IMG/VR virus record: IMGVR_UViG_3300035232_000745
Length of the DNA stretch: 64,000 bases
Source of the DNA: a virus
Reading direction: 5' to 3' (one strand)
A program made the translations under genes and the position numbers. The notes below the pieces were generated by a model that did no database searches, was not told where the DNA came from, and worked only from the letters and a program-made list of their open reading frames with translations. Shown here one piece after another: positions 20,469 to 30,362 of the stretch; the stretch's first letter is position 1; each line of letters begins with the position of its first letter.

Positions 20469-22483
20469 TGCGGTCCTCCGCTAAATATTGCTTGTCTTAT
20501 TTTTATATCGTCTAGTACACTAACAAATCTTTGAACCATGTTTGGTTTTGCAGCGTTTAAACCATCACCATCATAAGCACTTTTACCAGTATTAGGTCCT
20601 GTAACTAACGGTAAACCTGCCCATTCATGAGCAAGATTATTTGCAAAGTTTTCTAAAGACAACTTACCTTCCATAAATCTATTTAATCCGCGACCTTCAA
20701 TTAAAGCAATAGCAAGCTTGTCTTGATTTTCTGGAGTAAACAAATCTGAAGCTGATAGACCAGCCCTCGTATAAAGCGGTGTTCCTTTAGGAGAATTAGG
20801 ATCGTTATTATTTGTATTTCTTAACGTATCTTCTATAATTTGATATCTTCCTACTGCCTCAGAGCCAACATCTGCATCTATTGACTCTTGCCAATCTAAT
20901 ATTTCTTGAATAGTCATCTTAGTAATAGCTTGAACAGGATGCATGCTTGTTGGTATTTCTCCGTATATAGAATCATAGCCGTAAGCTTTAGATTCTACTT
21001 CATTAATTAAATCTAATAATGGAGACAACGCGGTTTTAGTAACAGTAGTTTGCGGTGTTTTTGAGTCATAAATTTGTGCTGAACTTTGATTTTCGGCATC
21101 ATCGTCTTGAGAAGCAAGACCACTAGAACCCATAGAACCAGTTTCTGTTACTGGCATAATGCTTGTATTTTGTACTACTGGCTCTGGAGCTTCGATTGCA
21201 GATGCATCTTTTGATGCTTCAGCTTCGGCGGCATCATCTGGAGAAGACGCTCCTCCATTAGCCATACTAACATAATCGTCAATATAAACTGTTTGGCCTC
21301 TTACGTGTACATTGCCATCAGAACCTAAAATTAACTCAGCATCTCCTTTAATATTAAATGCATCTGTTCCTTTAATCGCGATATCAGCACCGAATATATC
21401 AATTTCAGAAGTACCTTTAATCAATGTTTGATCACCCAATATATTTAAAGTGCTTAATGCTTCTAACCAAACTTTATCAGATTTAACGTATAGCCCTTCA
21501 CCAGAAGAAACTTGCATTTCTTTTCCAGCTTTAATAGACATAGTACCTACATTCGCTTCTAATTTAAGATCAGCTGATCTCATTTGAGCTTGTACACCAG
21601 CAACCATCGTGTATTGATTACCAACTGAATGCAAATGGTTTCCATGAACTAATGTCTGTAAGTCACCAGTAATCTCTTCTGTTTTATCACCGTTTACTTT
21701 TACATAAGCATTACCGTTAATAGTTACTGTACTAAAACCAGATCCTGCTCCGCCAATAACAACATGAGAGTTTTTATCTATGACGTCGAATTGATCTGAA
21801 GTGCTTTTATTAGTTACAGTACCTCTTGAATCAATTTGAATATAAGAGCCTTCGTTATGATATATCATAATTCTTTCGTGACCAGGCGTATCATCCAATT
21901 CTATACTATGTCTGCCTGATTTAAATACTCTATTAAATGGATATTGAGCATCATATGCGGCTGTTGGTTCTGACCAAGTTCGTTCTTCATCTCCTGCAAA
22001 TTGCACATCTTCAATTTTATTTGACTCTTGATCTACTATATACGTTTCATCTATATTTTCACCACGAGATAGTCTATCGTTTTGCGGTTGACCAAAGTCT
22101 TCAGGCGCAGCTCCGCGCGCAAGCAATTCTCCGTTTCTTCTAGGAATTTTGCCATATCCATCTGCTTCTGGATCTATAATTTGTGTAGGCTGTGTAGGTA
22201 TTAAACCTAAAATCATTGGTTGTTGTGCGCCTCTACCGTCTAAGAACACACCAAATACCCACGAATTTACTGCAGGTAAACCTAAACCCGGCGTACCGTT
22301 TGGATCATAGTCACCTTTTACTATTAACGCCCAAGGCAATTCATCTGTAGGTATATCTTTATTTGTTCCATGTATACCAAACGCACGAACTCTCGCTCTA
22401 CCTTCGGCTCTAGGATCTACTATATCCTCAATAATACCCATAAAAAATAGCGGGTCTCTAATTCCTGCACCATAATTACTCAT
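20465..22483 (-). CDS. gp5: Baseplate central spike gp5 with C-terminal lambda-type (GH104-like) lysozyme
   Basis: OB-fold DPRAEGRARVRAFGIH, YPFNRV..SGRHSIELDDTPGHERI, beta-repeat region, then AVGRYQII...FTPENQDKLA...EWAGLP. Confidence 0.88.
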   Translation of the reverse strand: MSNYGAGIRDPLFFMGIIEDIVDPRAEGRARVRAFGIHGTNKDIPTDELPWALIVKGDYDPNGTPGLGLPAVNSWVFGVFLDGRGAQQPMILGLIPTQPTQIIDPEADGYGKIPRRNGELLARGAAPEDFGQPQNDRLSRGENIDETYIVDQESNKIEDVQFAGDEERTWSEPTAAYDAQYPFNRVFKSGRHSIELDDTPGHERIMIYHNEGSYIQIDSRGTVTNKSTSDQFDVIDKNSHVVIGGAGSGFSTVTINGNAYVKVNGDKTEEITGDLQTLVHGNHLHSVGNQYTMVAGVQAQMRSADLKLEANVGTMSIKAGKEMQVSSGEGLYVKSDKVWLEALSTLNILGDQTLIKGTSEIDIFGADIAIKGTDAFNIKGDAELILGSDGNVHVRGQTVYIDDYVSMANGGASSPDDAAEAEASKDASAIEAPEPVVQNTSIMPVTETGSMGSSGLASQDDDAENQSSAQIYDSKTPQTTVTKTALSPLLDLINEVESKAYGYDSIYGEIPTSMHPVQAITKMTIQEILDWQESIDADVGSEAVGRYQIIEDTLRNTNNNDPNSPKGTPLYTRAGLSASDLFTPENQDKLAIALIEGRGLNRFMEGKLSLENFANNLAHEWAGLPLVTGPNTGKSAYDGDGLNAAKPNMVQRFVSVLDDIKIRQAIFSGGPQ

Positions 22484-23852
22484 TGGCTATACCCTTACTC
22501 CATCCGTATTTAATTAGTTTTAAAGCACAACCTAGAGTACCGCTGTCATCTCTTGAATGCCTTACCGTATGTACTAAATATTTACCAGATAATGTTTTAT
22601 TAGATTCAGGAGCATCCAACCCATCTAAACCTTTAATAGATAAATTAACTACCATTCCTGGAGCAATATCTAGTCTACCCTTCATCGAAGCAGCCACAGT
22701 TGTTTGATTTAAATGGTGCTGATAAGATAACTTATTAGATACAATAGTTGGAATAAATCTATCAACGTGCAATGAACCTGGAATATCACCGTTTTGATTA
22801 TAATTTTTAAACACAAAAAAGTTTCTTGCATTTTCTTCAGTAAATGTTTCTTTTCTAAACACTTCTGAATGAGGATCATCTTGTAAATCTACACTATTAC
22901 CAGACATATCTATAAAGCCTGCGTTCTTATCATAATTAAAATTATTAGGCACAATCTTTTTTCTTATCAAATCTATTTCAGTTACTTTGCTGGTATAACC
23001 ACCACTAATAATATCAGAAGCGGTATTTAAACCTTTAGAAGCAACTTCTAATTTTTCAATTCTATTAACCTGATCGTTAGGTTTTCTCGGATCAATAGAA
23101 GATGCAGGACTATAAAATAAATCTACCAAATCTTTTCTTCTTGCAGACTTGATTAGATATTCGTCAGTTACATAATAAAAGTTATCTAAGGTTTCGAAAA
23201 ATTTAAAAGAAGCAGAAGGTGTTTCAGGCTGAAAACTAAGATTTTGTATAAACTGCATTGCTTCAGTCGGCATATAGTCAGGAATAATTATATCAGTCAA
23301 ATTAGCTGTTGGTTGTATGTAAAAGCTTCTGTCAGGTTCGTCTATAATAGGCATTCTATAAGCTGCATAACTCAAAGTTTTAGTTCTATCGTTTTTATCT
23401 AAATAATCTTTTTCGCCAAGTTTAGAGAAATAAGTATCGAATATAATTTTAGCAATTTGATCCATACTCTTTTTGCTATAAGATTTGGTAATTTTTCTCT
23501 TAAAAGCGTTATAACTAATTTTTGAAATAAAATGCATTGTATACAATACTTGACCTCCAGATTCTGAAGGAACAATGCTATCAATTCTAAATACTTGAGC
23601 CTTTAGATTTTTTTCAGTGCCAAGATCCATACTACTTATTTTTAAATCTATCTGCTCTTCACCTCGCAAAGGAAATGTTTCCATAAAACCTATACCGTCT
23701 AAAATCTTTAATTTACCAGAATAACTCATAAGATCTAACGATTGTTCTAATTCAAAGCTAACAATTATAGAAGCTATATCTTTAGACTTGCCACTTGCGT
23801 TTGTAACAAGTGCCTTACTAATATCTGCCGAACCTGGATTAAACTCTGCCAT
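22476..23852 (-). CDS. Baseplate hub protein, gp27-like
   Basis: Position just upstream of gp5; FPLRGEEQI, FKFFET and LSGKYLVHTVRH motifs typical of hub proteins. Confidence 0.6.
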   Translation of the reverse strand: MAEFNPGSADISKALVTNASGKSKDIASIIVSFELEQSLDLMSYSGKLKILDGIGFMETFPLRGEEQIDLKISSMDLGTEKNLKAQVFRIDSIVPSESGGQVLYTMHFISKISYNAFKRKITKSYSKKSMDQIAKIIFDTYFSKLGEKDYLDKNDRTKTLSYAAYRMPIIDEPDRSFYIQPTANLTDIIIPDYMPTEAMQFIQNLSFQPETPSASFKFFETLDNFYYVTDEYLIKSARRKDLVDLFYSPASSIDPRKPNDQVNRIEKLEVASKGLNTASDIISGGYTSKVTEIDLIRKKIVPNNFNYDKNAGFIDMSGNSVDLQDDPHSEVFRKETFTEENARNFFVFKNYNQNGDIPGSLHVDRFIPTIVSNKLSYQHHLNQTTVAASMKGRLDIAPGMVVNLSIKGLDGLDAPESNKTLSGKYLVHTVRHSRDDSGTLGCALKLIKYGWSKGIANE

Positions 23853-24110
23853 TTATTTGCTTCTTGAACTTTTCTTAAAAGACTCTGTTACTTGCGGTAA
23901 ATAAGCGCGGTCAACAAGGAATATTTCTTTTTTATTATTATTCTCTACGAGTTCTTGATCGTAAATTCTCCAAGGTTTCCATTCATCAGGAATAATACGT
24001 TTAATAATAATTTTACGGCCTTGCTCTGTACGCAAGATAACACGATCTTCTTTACGAAGATAAATCGTTCTAAACGATTCTGGTGCTAATTTAACAATAT
24101 CAACTGCCAT
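23853..24110 (-). CDS. gp53 C-terminal part (separate ORF)
   Basis: IYDQELVENNNKKEIFLVDRAYL resembles the gp53 C-terminal YE...NE.KR.I.LL motif; own GAGGT SD. Confidence 0.6.
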   Translation of the reverse strand: MAVDIVKLAPESFRTIYLRKEDRVILRTEQGRKIIIKRIIPDEWKPWRIYDQELVENNNKKEIFLVDRAYLPQVTESFKKSSRSK

Positions 24111-24112
24111 TC

Positions 24113-24487
24113 TTATACCTCTTTATAATAGTACAGGATATTTTCATCGTTATCATCTCTTGCCCAATCAACGATATCGTCACCAACAAGTCCTGATTGC
24201 TCGCCGTATTTTTCTTTTAAGTAGTTGTTAAAATCGGCTTCTGATTTAGGCCAATCGTGATATGGATCAATTATATGGTTTGAAAAATACACCACCCAAG
24301 TAAAATCAGTACTACCGTAATAGAATTCTGCAATATCCTCTGGTCTTTCACCTTCTTTAACTGTATAAGGCATGTAAAGCATAGGATTATTCGATACTTC
24401 TTTAGTAAAATTAGTACGTCTTGTAATGTCTCTTACTAATTTACCTTCATAATTTATTAAAGGAAATTGTTCAAAATACTTTGTCAT
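24113..24487 (-). CDS. gp53: Baseplate wedge gp53 N-terminal part (LysM-like)
   Basis: YFEQFPLINY...YTVKEGERPEDIAEFYYGS...IDPYHDWP. Confidence 0.85.
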   Translation of the reverse strand: MTKYFEQFPLINYEGKLVRDITRRTNFTKEVSNNPMLYMPYTVKEGERPEDIAEFYYGSTDFTWVVYFSNHIIDPYHDWPKSEADFNNYLKEKYGEQSGLVGDDIVDWARDDNDENILYYYKEV

Positions 24488-25527
24488 TATTTACCTCCTC
24501 CACCTTTACTTACAACAGGATCAAAGTCTGCTAAGTCAACTTGTGAAACGTAAGGTTCATTACCTGCTTCGCCGTAATCATGCGCTGTTTCAATTTCTAG
24601 TTCTGTTAGATTTAACGCCAAGTTTACTCCGTTAGGTTTACCACCTTTCATAATAGCAACTCCGCCTCCTGCACCATAATCAACAGAAAATTCTGTTATC
24701 ATTGATGTTTTATACTTAATAAAGTGTTCGCTATTGACACCTATTAAATAAATATCTACAACTGATGGATACTGCAAGAATGCTTTTGGAACGCCATCAA
24801 TATCAGTAACTTCTGGCAAAGACTTTCTTTTAATCATATCAACAATGTTTTTAATTCTAAGAGAGTCTGCTTTTGAATTTGGAAACAAATCCCAATTAAA
24901 CTGATGTGTTCTTAAATTAACACCTTCAAATGATAGAGTTTCTCTAGGGTTTATTGTTTGTCCTGTCACGAGATCAATAGATCTACTAATATCACCAGGA
25001 ATGGTTTTCCTTAAAAGGTATTGTGCCGCAGTTGCAACATCTTTTATATCCGACCCTAAGAATTTACTTGCAAGATCGTTAATGTTTTGACCTAAACTAT
25101 CACCGCCCATTGCTGCACCCATAGAAGCACCCATGCCTTGCAATAATTTTGGTAAATCGGCTGTAGTAGCACCTGCGTTTTCTCCATCCATAAACGCTTT
25201 AACTTTTCCTGCAATACTTTCAGTAAAAGGATCTCTTTCAAACGAGTTAATTCTTAAGTTTGTATTATCAACAAGAGCTTTAGGAAACGGTAATTCAATT
25301 GCTTGAGCTGATCTTAAACCAACACCAGATGATCTTTCTCCAAAAGCGCTCTGAAATATAGTGCGTAGTCCAGTTGGACTAGAGCCTTCTTTGATGGGAG
25401 AATAATCGAATTCTTTAAAAACTAAAAGACAGCTATGTGGGTGTGGTTGTTCAGGAAAACACTGATAAGAGTTTGCAAACTTAGATTCTTTTCTACGTCT
25501 GTAAAGCTCTACTCTACTACTTGCCAT
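24487..25527 (-). CDS. gp48: Baseplate tail-tube cap gp48-like
   Basis: INPRETLSFEGVNLRTHQFNWDLFP...FLQYPS...LNLTELE motif. Confidence 0.75.
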   Translation of the reverse strand: MASSRVELYRRRKESKFANSYQCFPEQPHPHSCLLVFKEFDYSPIKEGSSPTGLRTIFQSAFGERSSGVGLRSAQAIELPFPKALVDNTNLRINSFERDPFTESIAGKVKAFMDGENAGATTADLPKLLQGMGASMGAAMGGDSLGQNINDLASKFLGSDIKDVATAAQYLLRKTIPGDISRSIDLVTGQTINPRETLSFEGVNLRTHQFNWDLFPNSKADSLRIKNIVDMIKRKSLPEVTDIDGVPKAFLQYPSVVDIYLIGVNSEHFIKYKTSMITEFSVDYGAGGGVAIMKGGKPNGVNLALNLTELEIETAHDYGEAGNEPYVSQVDLADFDPVVSKGGGGK

Positions 25528-25546
25528 GGTAATCCATCTCTTTCTT

Positions 25547-25554
25547 TATAAATA
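25547..25554 (+). promoter_or_regulatory. Late promoter TATAAATA for the gp4-gp2-gp54 operon
   Basis: Exact consensus. Confidence 0.8.
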
Positions 25555-25566
25555 GGTGTATAATTC

Positions 25567-25574
25567 TATTTATA
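25567..25574 (-). promoter_or_regulatory. Late promoter TATAAATA for the gp48-gp53-gp5 operon
   Basis: Exact consensus on the minus strand. Confidence 0.8.
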
Positions 25575-25593
25575 CTAAATTATGGAGTACGTT

Positions 25594-26049
25594 TTGGCAT
25601 ATAGTGGTAGGTTTAAACCTAAGAACCCTTCTAAGTATAAGGGAGATCCCACACGGATAATTTATAGATCTATGTGGGAATTTAAGTTCTTTAGATGGGT
25701 TGATGAACATTCAGACGTTATATGGTGGGCAAGTGAAGAATACGTGGTTCCTTATGTTTCTCCAATAGATGGAAGAAAGCATAGGTATTTTCCTGATGTA
25801 GTTTTGCATAGAAAACTTGCGAATGGTGAACAAAAGACATTGATGATTGAAATTAAACCAAAGGCACAAACTAAACCGCCTGATAGAAGTAAGAAAAACA
25901 CTGCTACTGGCAGATTATCGAGAAGGTACCTCAACGAGGTAAAAACGTATGGAATTAACGAAGCTAAATGGAAGGCTGCAAGAGCGTTTTGTGCTCAAAG
26001 AAATTGGCAGTTTGACATTTACACAGAAGCAGAATTGGGCTTGAAGTAA
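25594..26049 (+). CDS. gp4: Head completion nuclease gp4 (TnsA-like)
   Basis: AYSGRFKPKNPSKYKGD...YRSMWE...YFPD...EIKP. Likely TTG start at 25594 with GGAG SD; the ORF track starts at 25582. Confidence 0.9.
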   Translation: MAYSGRFKPKNPSKYKGDPTRIIYRSMWEFKFFRWVDEHSDVIWWASEEYVVPYVSPIDGRKHRYFPDVVLHRKLANGEQKTLMIEIKPKAQTKPPDRSKKNTATGRLSRRYLNEVKTYGINEAKWKAARAFCAQRNWQFDIYTEAELGLK

Positions 26050-26654
26050 TGGTAGCTAAAGTATTTGATGATATTCTTTTAAAGGGTGTACGTTCTGGGC
26101 AAATGCCAGCTAGAACTACTGAAGCTCGTGAATGGTACAGAGAACAAGCTAAAGGCATAACTAAGTCTAAAGCAGATCCTACAAAAATTATAAAAGAGAT
26201 GGGTAGAGATCGATACGAAAATAGATTTAGACTTGGGAATATGTATATGTTCCAGTATGATCCAAAACATAAAGCTACTCTTCCATATTATGACAGTTTT
26301 CCTCTGATTTTTCCGATAAATAGAGCTAAGGGTGGTTTTCTTGGTATAAACATGCATTATTTACCTCCTCCTCTGAGAGCGAAGTTAATGGATGCACTAT
26401 ATGAAACTACTAATAACAAATACTATAATGAAACAACGAAACTAAAATTAAATTATGATATTCTGAATAGCGCATCTAAATTTAGAATGTTTAAACCATG
26501 CGTTAAACATTATTTGACAGGACAATTAAAAACACGTTTAGTGTACATCAATCCAACAGAATGGGATGTTGCATTATTCTTACCAACTGCACGCTTTGTT
26601 GGTGCTACTCAAGCTCAAGTCTTCAAAGACTCAAGAAAGATCATAAGAGGATAA
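26049..26654 (+). CDS. gp2: DNA end protector gp2
   Basis: YDPKHKATLPYYDSFPLIF...GFLGINMHYLPP...CVKHYL. Confidence 0.92.
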   Translation: MVAKVFDDILLKGVRSGQMPARTTEAREWYREQAKGITKSKADPTKIIKEMGRDRYENRFRLGNMYMFQYDPKHKATLPYYDSFPLIFPINRAKGGFLGINMHYLPPPLRAKLMDALYETTNNKYYNETTKLKLNYDILNSASKFRMFKPCVKHYLTGQLKTRLVYINPTEWDVALFLPTARFVGATQAQVFKDSRKIIRG

Positions 26655-26655
26655 T

Positions 26656-27435
26656 ATGACATTTAAAATATCAGATTTTAAATCACAAATAGATCGCCTT
26701 GGTGGTCCGATGCGGCAATCGCTATTTGAAGTTCAAATCGTTAACTTTCCGGTTAATACTTCTTCGGTTACAACAAGAGACCTTTCGTTCTTTTGTAAAA
26801 ACGTAGCGATACCAGGAATTACCATGGGTTTAAATTCTTATGAAGCAGTAGGTCAACAACGAAGAATGTATCCTACATCTCTTAATCCAGAGCCTGTTCA
26901 AGCTATTTTTATGTTAGACTCAGATCATCAAATTTTAAGTTTCTTTCATTCTTGGGCTCAAAGAGTTGTAAACTATTCTACTGCAGGCGGTAATTTTTCT
27001 GAAGTAGATGGCATGTTACCGTTTGAAATTGGATATAAAAACGAATACTCATGCAGAATTATAATAAAAGCTTATTCTACTGATTACCTTACTACTGGAA
27101 AATACTACGAAACTATTTTAGATGGTGGATTTCCAGGTATGATGGGAGACGTTGACCTAGCTTGGGAAGCGAATGATAGTTATTCTACATTGCCTGTTAG
27201 TTTCCAATACGACAGAATACAATTCAGTGGTGAAAGAGTTGGTAATCCAACTTCACGGTACGGTAGAGGAAACGGAATACTTGGACTTATTGACGCAATT
27301 GGAGATTTTGGTCAGTTGATAGGGCAGGATTTAGTTCCTAGAAGTATTTCTGACGCAGTAAACAAATACACGAAAGTTACTAATAACTTTGACAACATTA
27401 GTAATAGAATTAATGAATTAAAAAATATATTTTAA
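26656..27435 (+). CDS. gp54: Baseplate tail-tube initiator gp54 / tube-fold protein
   Basis: gp19-like tube fold pattern; synteny gp2-gp54-gp26. Confidence 0.65.
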   Translation: MTFKISDFKSQIDRLGGPMRQSLFEVQIVNFPVNTSSVTTRDLSFFCKNVAIPGITMGLNSYEAVGQQRRMYPTSLNPEPVQAIFMLDSDHQILSFFHSWAQRVVNYSTAGGNFSEVDGMLPFEIGYKNEYSCRIIIKAYSTDYLTTGKYYETILDGGFPGMMGDVDLAWEANDSYSTLPVSFQYDRIQFSGERVGNPTSRYGRGNGILGLIDAIGDFGQLIGQDLVPRSISDAVNKYTKVTNNFDNISNRINELKNIF

Positions 27436-27448
27436 AGGATGATAGATT

Positions 27449-28150
27449 ATGGGTTTACCAAAAATTGAATTACCGATACGCGAGATGATTCTTCCTTCTA
27501 CAGGAAAGCCTATCAAGTATAGACCATTTACTGTTAAAGAAGAAAAAATATTATTAGTTGCACAAGAATCTGATGATGGTATGCAAGAAATAATTGCTGC
27601 AAGACAAGTTGTTAACAATTGTTTACTTGACGTTGATGTTGATCAGATAGCAATGTTTGATTTAGAATTTATTATTCTGATGATTAGATCTGTTTCTGTT
27701 GATAACCAAATTGATTTTAATATAAACGATCCTGATACAGATGAAGAAGTAGAACTAAAACTTGATTTAAACGACGTACAAGTTATGAAAGATGATGGAC
27801 ATACTAATAAAATACAGATCAACGATCAATATACTTTGTTTTTAAAATACCCGTCTATTGATGAGTACATTAAAATCCAACAATTGGCTCCAAATGATCC
27901 GTTAGCAAGTTACTTTGTTATGACAGCTTGTTTAGAACGTATCGCATCAGAAGACGAAGTACATTGGTTTAAAGATTATACCGAGCAAGATATTGATAAC
28001 TTTATGGACGGCGTATCGAGCGACGTTGTTGCAGGAATTCAAAAATTCTTTGAGACAATGCCAATAATGAGACACGAAATGAAATATACTAATAAAGAAG
28101 GTAAAGAACAAACCTTCGTAATGGAGGGTATGAAGACTTTTTTTATGTAA
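27449..28150 (+). CDS. gp26: Baseplate hub assembly protein gp26
   Basis: LPSTGKPIKYRPFTVKEEKILL...FDLEFI...FFETMP. Confidence 0.88.
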   Translation: MGLPKIELPIREMILPSTGKPIKYRPFTVKEEKILLVAQESDDGMQEIIAARQVVNNCLLDVDVDQIAMFDLEFIILMIRSVSVDNQIDFNINDPDTDEEVELKLDLNDVQVMKDDGHTNKIQINDQYTLFLKYPSIDEYIKIQQLAPNDPLASYFVMTACLERIASEDEVHWFKDYTEQDIDNFMDGVSSDVVAGIQKFFETMPIMRHEMKYTNKEGKEQTFVMEGMKTFFM

Positions 28151-28311
28151 TGCTGCTCCACAATACTCTTCAAGAGTATTACAAAGTTATATTCATGTTG
28201 GCGCAGCACCATAAATATTCAATAGCTGAAATAGAAAGTATGATACCTTATGAACGTGATTTATATTTTGGAATGTTAGTTGATTATATAGAACAACAAA
28301 ACGAAAAGTAA
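28150..28311 (+). CDS. gp51: Baseplate hub assembly catalyst gp51-like (53 aa, missing from ORF track)
   Basis: Manual translation MLLHNTLQEYYKVIFMLAQHHKYSIAEIESMIPYERDLYFGMLVDYIEQQNEK; QHHKYS..EIE.MIPYER motif. Confidence 0.85.
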   Translation: MLLHNTLQEYYKVIFMLAQHHKYSIAEIESMIPYERDLYFGMLVDYIEQQNEK

Positions 28312-28322
28312 AGGCTTAAAAC

Positions 28323-30335
28323 ATGGCTCAGATGTCAGAAGAAACATTAGCAATTATTGACAGGTTAAAAGCTGAAGGTCAATTAATTCGTAACTCAGGT
28401 ACGAATTCGCTTCGTTCTGTTAAAGTAGAATTAAGAAAGTTTGATAAAGTATTCGATACTATAGCTAGAAACTCTACAGCACAAAGAGAAATGTTAGCAA
28501 TCCAAACTAATATGATCGAACAGAATGCAGAAAGAGCTAAACAAGACGCTGACTTTGCTGACTTAGAACGAAAAGAGAAAGTTGTAGCAGTAAAAGAAAC
28601 TGGTGAAAGAACAGATAAAGCCATTGAAAAGATGGGCGATAGACTTGAAAAGATTACATTAGGCGGAATGTTGGGCGGAGCTGCAAAATTGGGTGGCGGT
28701 TTGCTTGCAGCTGGAGCTGGTTATAACGTTCTCAAAGGTTTTGTTGATGAAAGATATCAGGGATCATTCTCAGAACTTGAGTCAAAGATAGGTGAAATGG
28801 GTAAATCTCTAAGAGGCTTTGATCCAAACACACTTAAAACAAGTCTCGAGACAATGAACGCAAACATCGCAGAGATGAATAAAACTTTTAAATCGTTAAA
28901 AGAAGATATTGATAATGTTCGTAATAGTGTTATTACTAAAATACTTATTGCAGTAGCGTCAATTCCCTTTAGCTTAGCTATAACAATGGCTGGTATTAGA
29001 ATCTCTAATGCAATCATGAAAAGAAATAATAAACTTCTTACTGATACTGAGATCGACTCTAGTAAAATGTCTGAAAATCAAAAGAAAATCATAAAACAAC
29101 AGGCTGATATTGTAAAAGCAAACCAAAAATTACTCGACAATTTAAATAAACCAAAGATTGTTACAAGTATTGATGATTTAGGTCCAGGCGCCAAATTCAA
29201 CATGGATTCTGGATTTAATGCAAGGACAAATGGTTTTGATACACCTGTTAATACGGACTTACCTCCTAAAATAAACCAACCACAGGGGCCTTTCAGATTT
29301 AACTTTAATACAACATCACCAGAGCCGCCATATAGACCTAACGCAAATCAAAAAGTACAAAACGGAATGGGAAATTCTTTTAATAGAACACCAACAACAT
29401 CTGTAATTGGTCGAGGAGATCCACGTAAATTTGGAGAGTTAAATAGAGGAGCTTATATGGCTGCTAACTCTAACTCAGCTCCTGATCCTAACGCAAAAGT
29501 CAAAGCTTCTGATATCCAAGAAGCTCTTAAAAAACTTAATAGCCCAAGGATGAGAAAGTTATTAACTAGACTTTTTGATTTCTTAGCTAAATTAAATGTA
29601 GCTTTTAAAGTTGCAGATTTAATTATTTTAATGACGATGATGCAGGCTGATGTTAGTGAAGATGAAAGATTAGCATTAATAGGCGGTCACATTGGTGGAA
29701 TTATTGGTGCAGGAGGTGGAGCTGTAGCTGGTGCCGCTGCCGGTTTATTAGGTGGACCATTTGCTTGGTTGACTGTTCCAGCAGGTGGTTTAGTAGGTTC
29801 TATTTTAGGTGGTTTCAGCGGAGACTATTTAGGTTATATTGTATGTAAATGGTTACTACAAGAAGAAATATCTCCAGCGGAAAAGAAAGTCGGACAAGCA
29901 ACAGTAGATACAATTTTAACAGGAAGTGTTAACCCTGTAGCGTATGGCTCTGGTAGATTGCGTGGCATGATGGGTAATGTTCCTACTGGACACGAAATGA
30001 ATGCGTTAGATGCAATATCAGATACTCAGCACTTGTTTAGAGGTGGAGATATGGGTAGTTATGACTATAATGCTAAACGCGCTATGAAAAACTTTAACAT
30101 ATTACCGTTTAAACCAGGTGGTCCAGGTTCTATTGATCCGAATACATTTAAAATTATACAAGATGCTGGTAGTACACATCCTTTACATTTAAGTATTAAT
30201 GCTCCAACAAACGTGTCTCCTAACATGACAACAATTCAAGGTGCTAAAACAAAGACAGATCTTAATGTTGTGAATGTAGGTGGCGGTTTTAGTGGTGATC
30301 CTGCGATAACTGGTATGCCACATATGCTAAGCTAA
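28323..30335 (+). CDS. Tail tape-measure / hub protein gp29-like
   Basis: Long helical protein with Gly/Ala-rich hydrophobic segments directly after gp26/gp51. Confidence 0.6.
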   Translation: MAQMSEETLAIIDRLKAEGQLIRNSGTNSLRSVKVELRKFDKVFDTIARNSTAQREMLAIQTNMIEQNAERAKQDADFADLERKEKVVAVKETGERTDKAIEKMGDRLEKITLGGMLGGAAKLGGGLLAAGAGYNVLKGFVDERYQGSFSELESKIGEMGKSLRGFDPNTLKTSLETMNANIAEMNKTFKSLKEDIDNVRNSVITKILIAVASIPFSLAITMAGIRISNAIMKRNNKLLTDTEIDSSKMSENQKKIIKQQADIVKANQKLLDNLNKPKIVTSIDDLGPGAKFNMDSGFNARTNGFDTPVNTDLPPKINQPQGPFRFNFNTTSPEPPYRPNANQKVQNGMGNSFNRTPTTSVIGRGDPRKFGELNRGAYMAANSNSAPDPNAKVKASDIQEALKKLNSPRMRKLLTRLFDFLAKLNVAFKVADLIILMTMMQADVSEDERLALIGGHIGGIIGAGGGAVAGAAAGLLGGPFAWLTVPAGGLVGSILGGFSGDYLGYIVCKWLLQEEISPAEKKVGQATVDTILTGSVNPVAYGSGRLRGMMGNVPTGHEMNALDAISDTQHLFRGGDMGSYDYNAKRAMKNFNILPFKPGGPGSIDPNTFKIIQDAGSTHPLHLSINAPTNVSPNMTTIQGAKTKTDLNVVNVGGGFSGDPAITGMPHMLS

Positions 30336-30362
30336 AAAAGGGAGCCGAAGCTCCCTAATTTT
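30334..30362. terminator. Bidirectional intrinsic terminator (UUCG loop on minus strand)
   Basis: AAAAAAGGGAGC-CGAA-GCTCCCTAATTTT between convergent genes. Confidence 0.9.

Noticed and set aside
25582-26049. TnsA-like transposase / mobile element
   Set aside because: It is the T4 gp4 head-completion nuclease in its usual synteny with gp2
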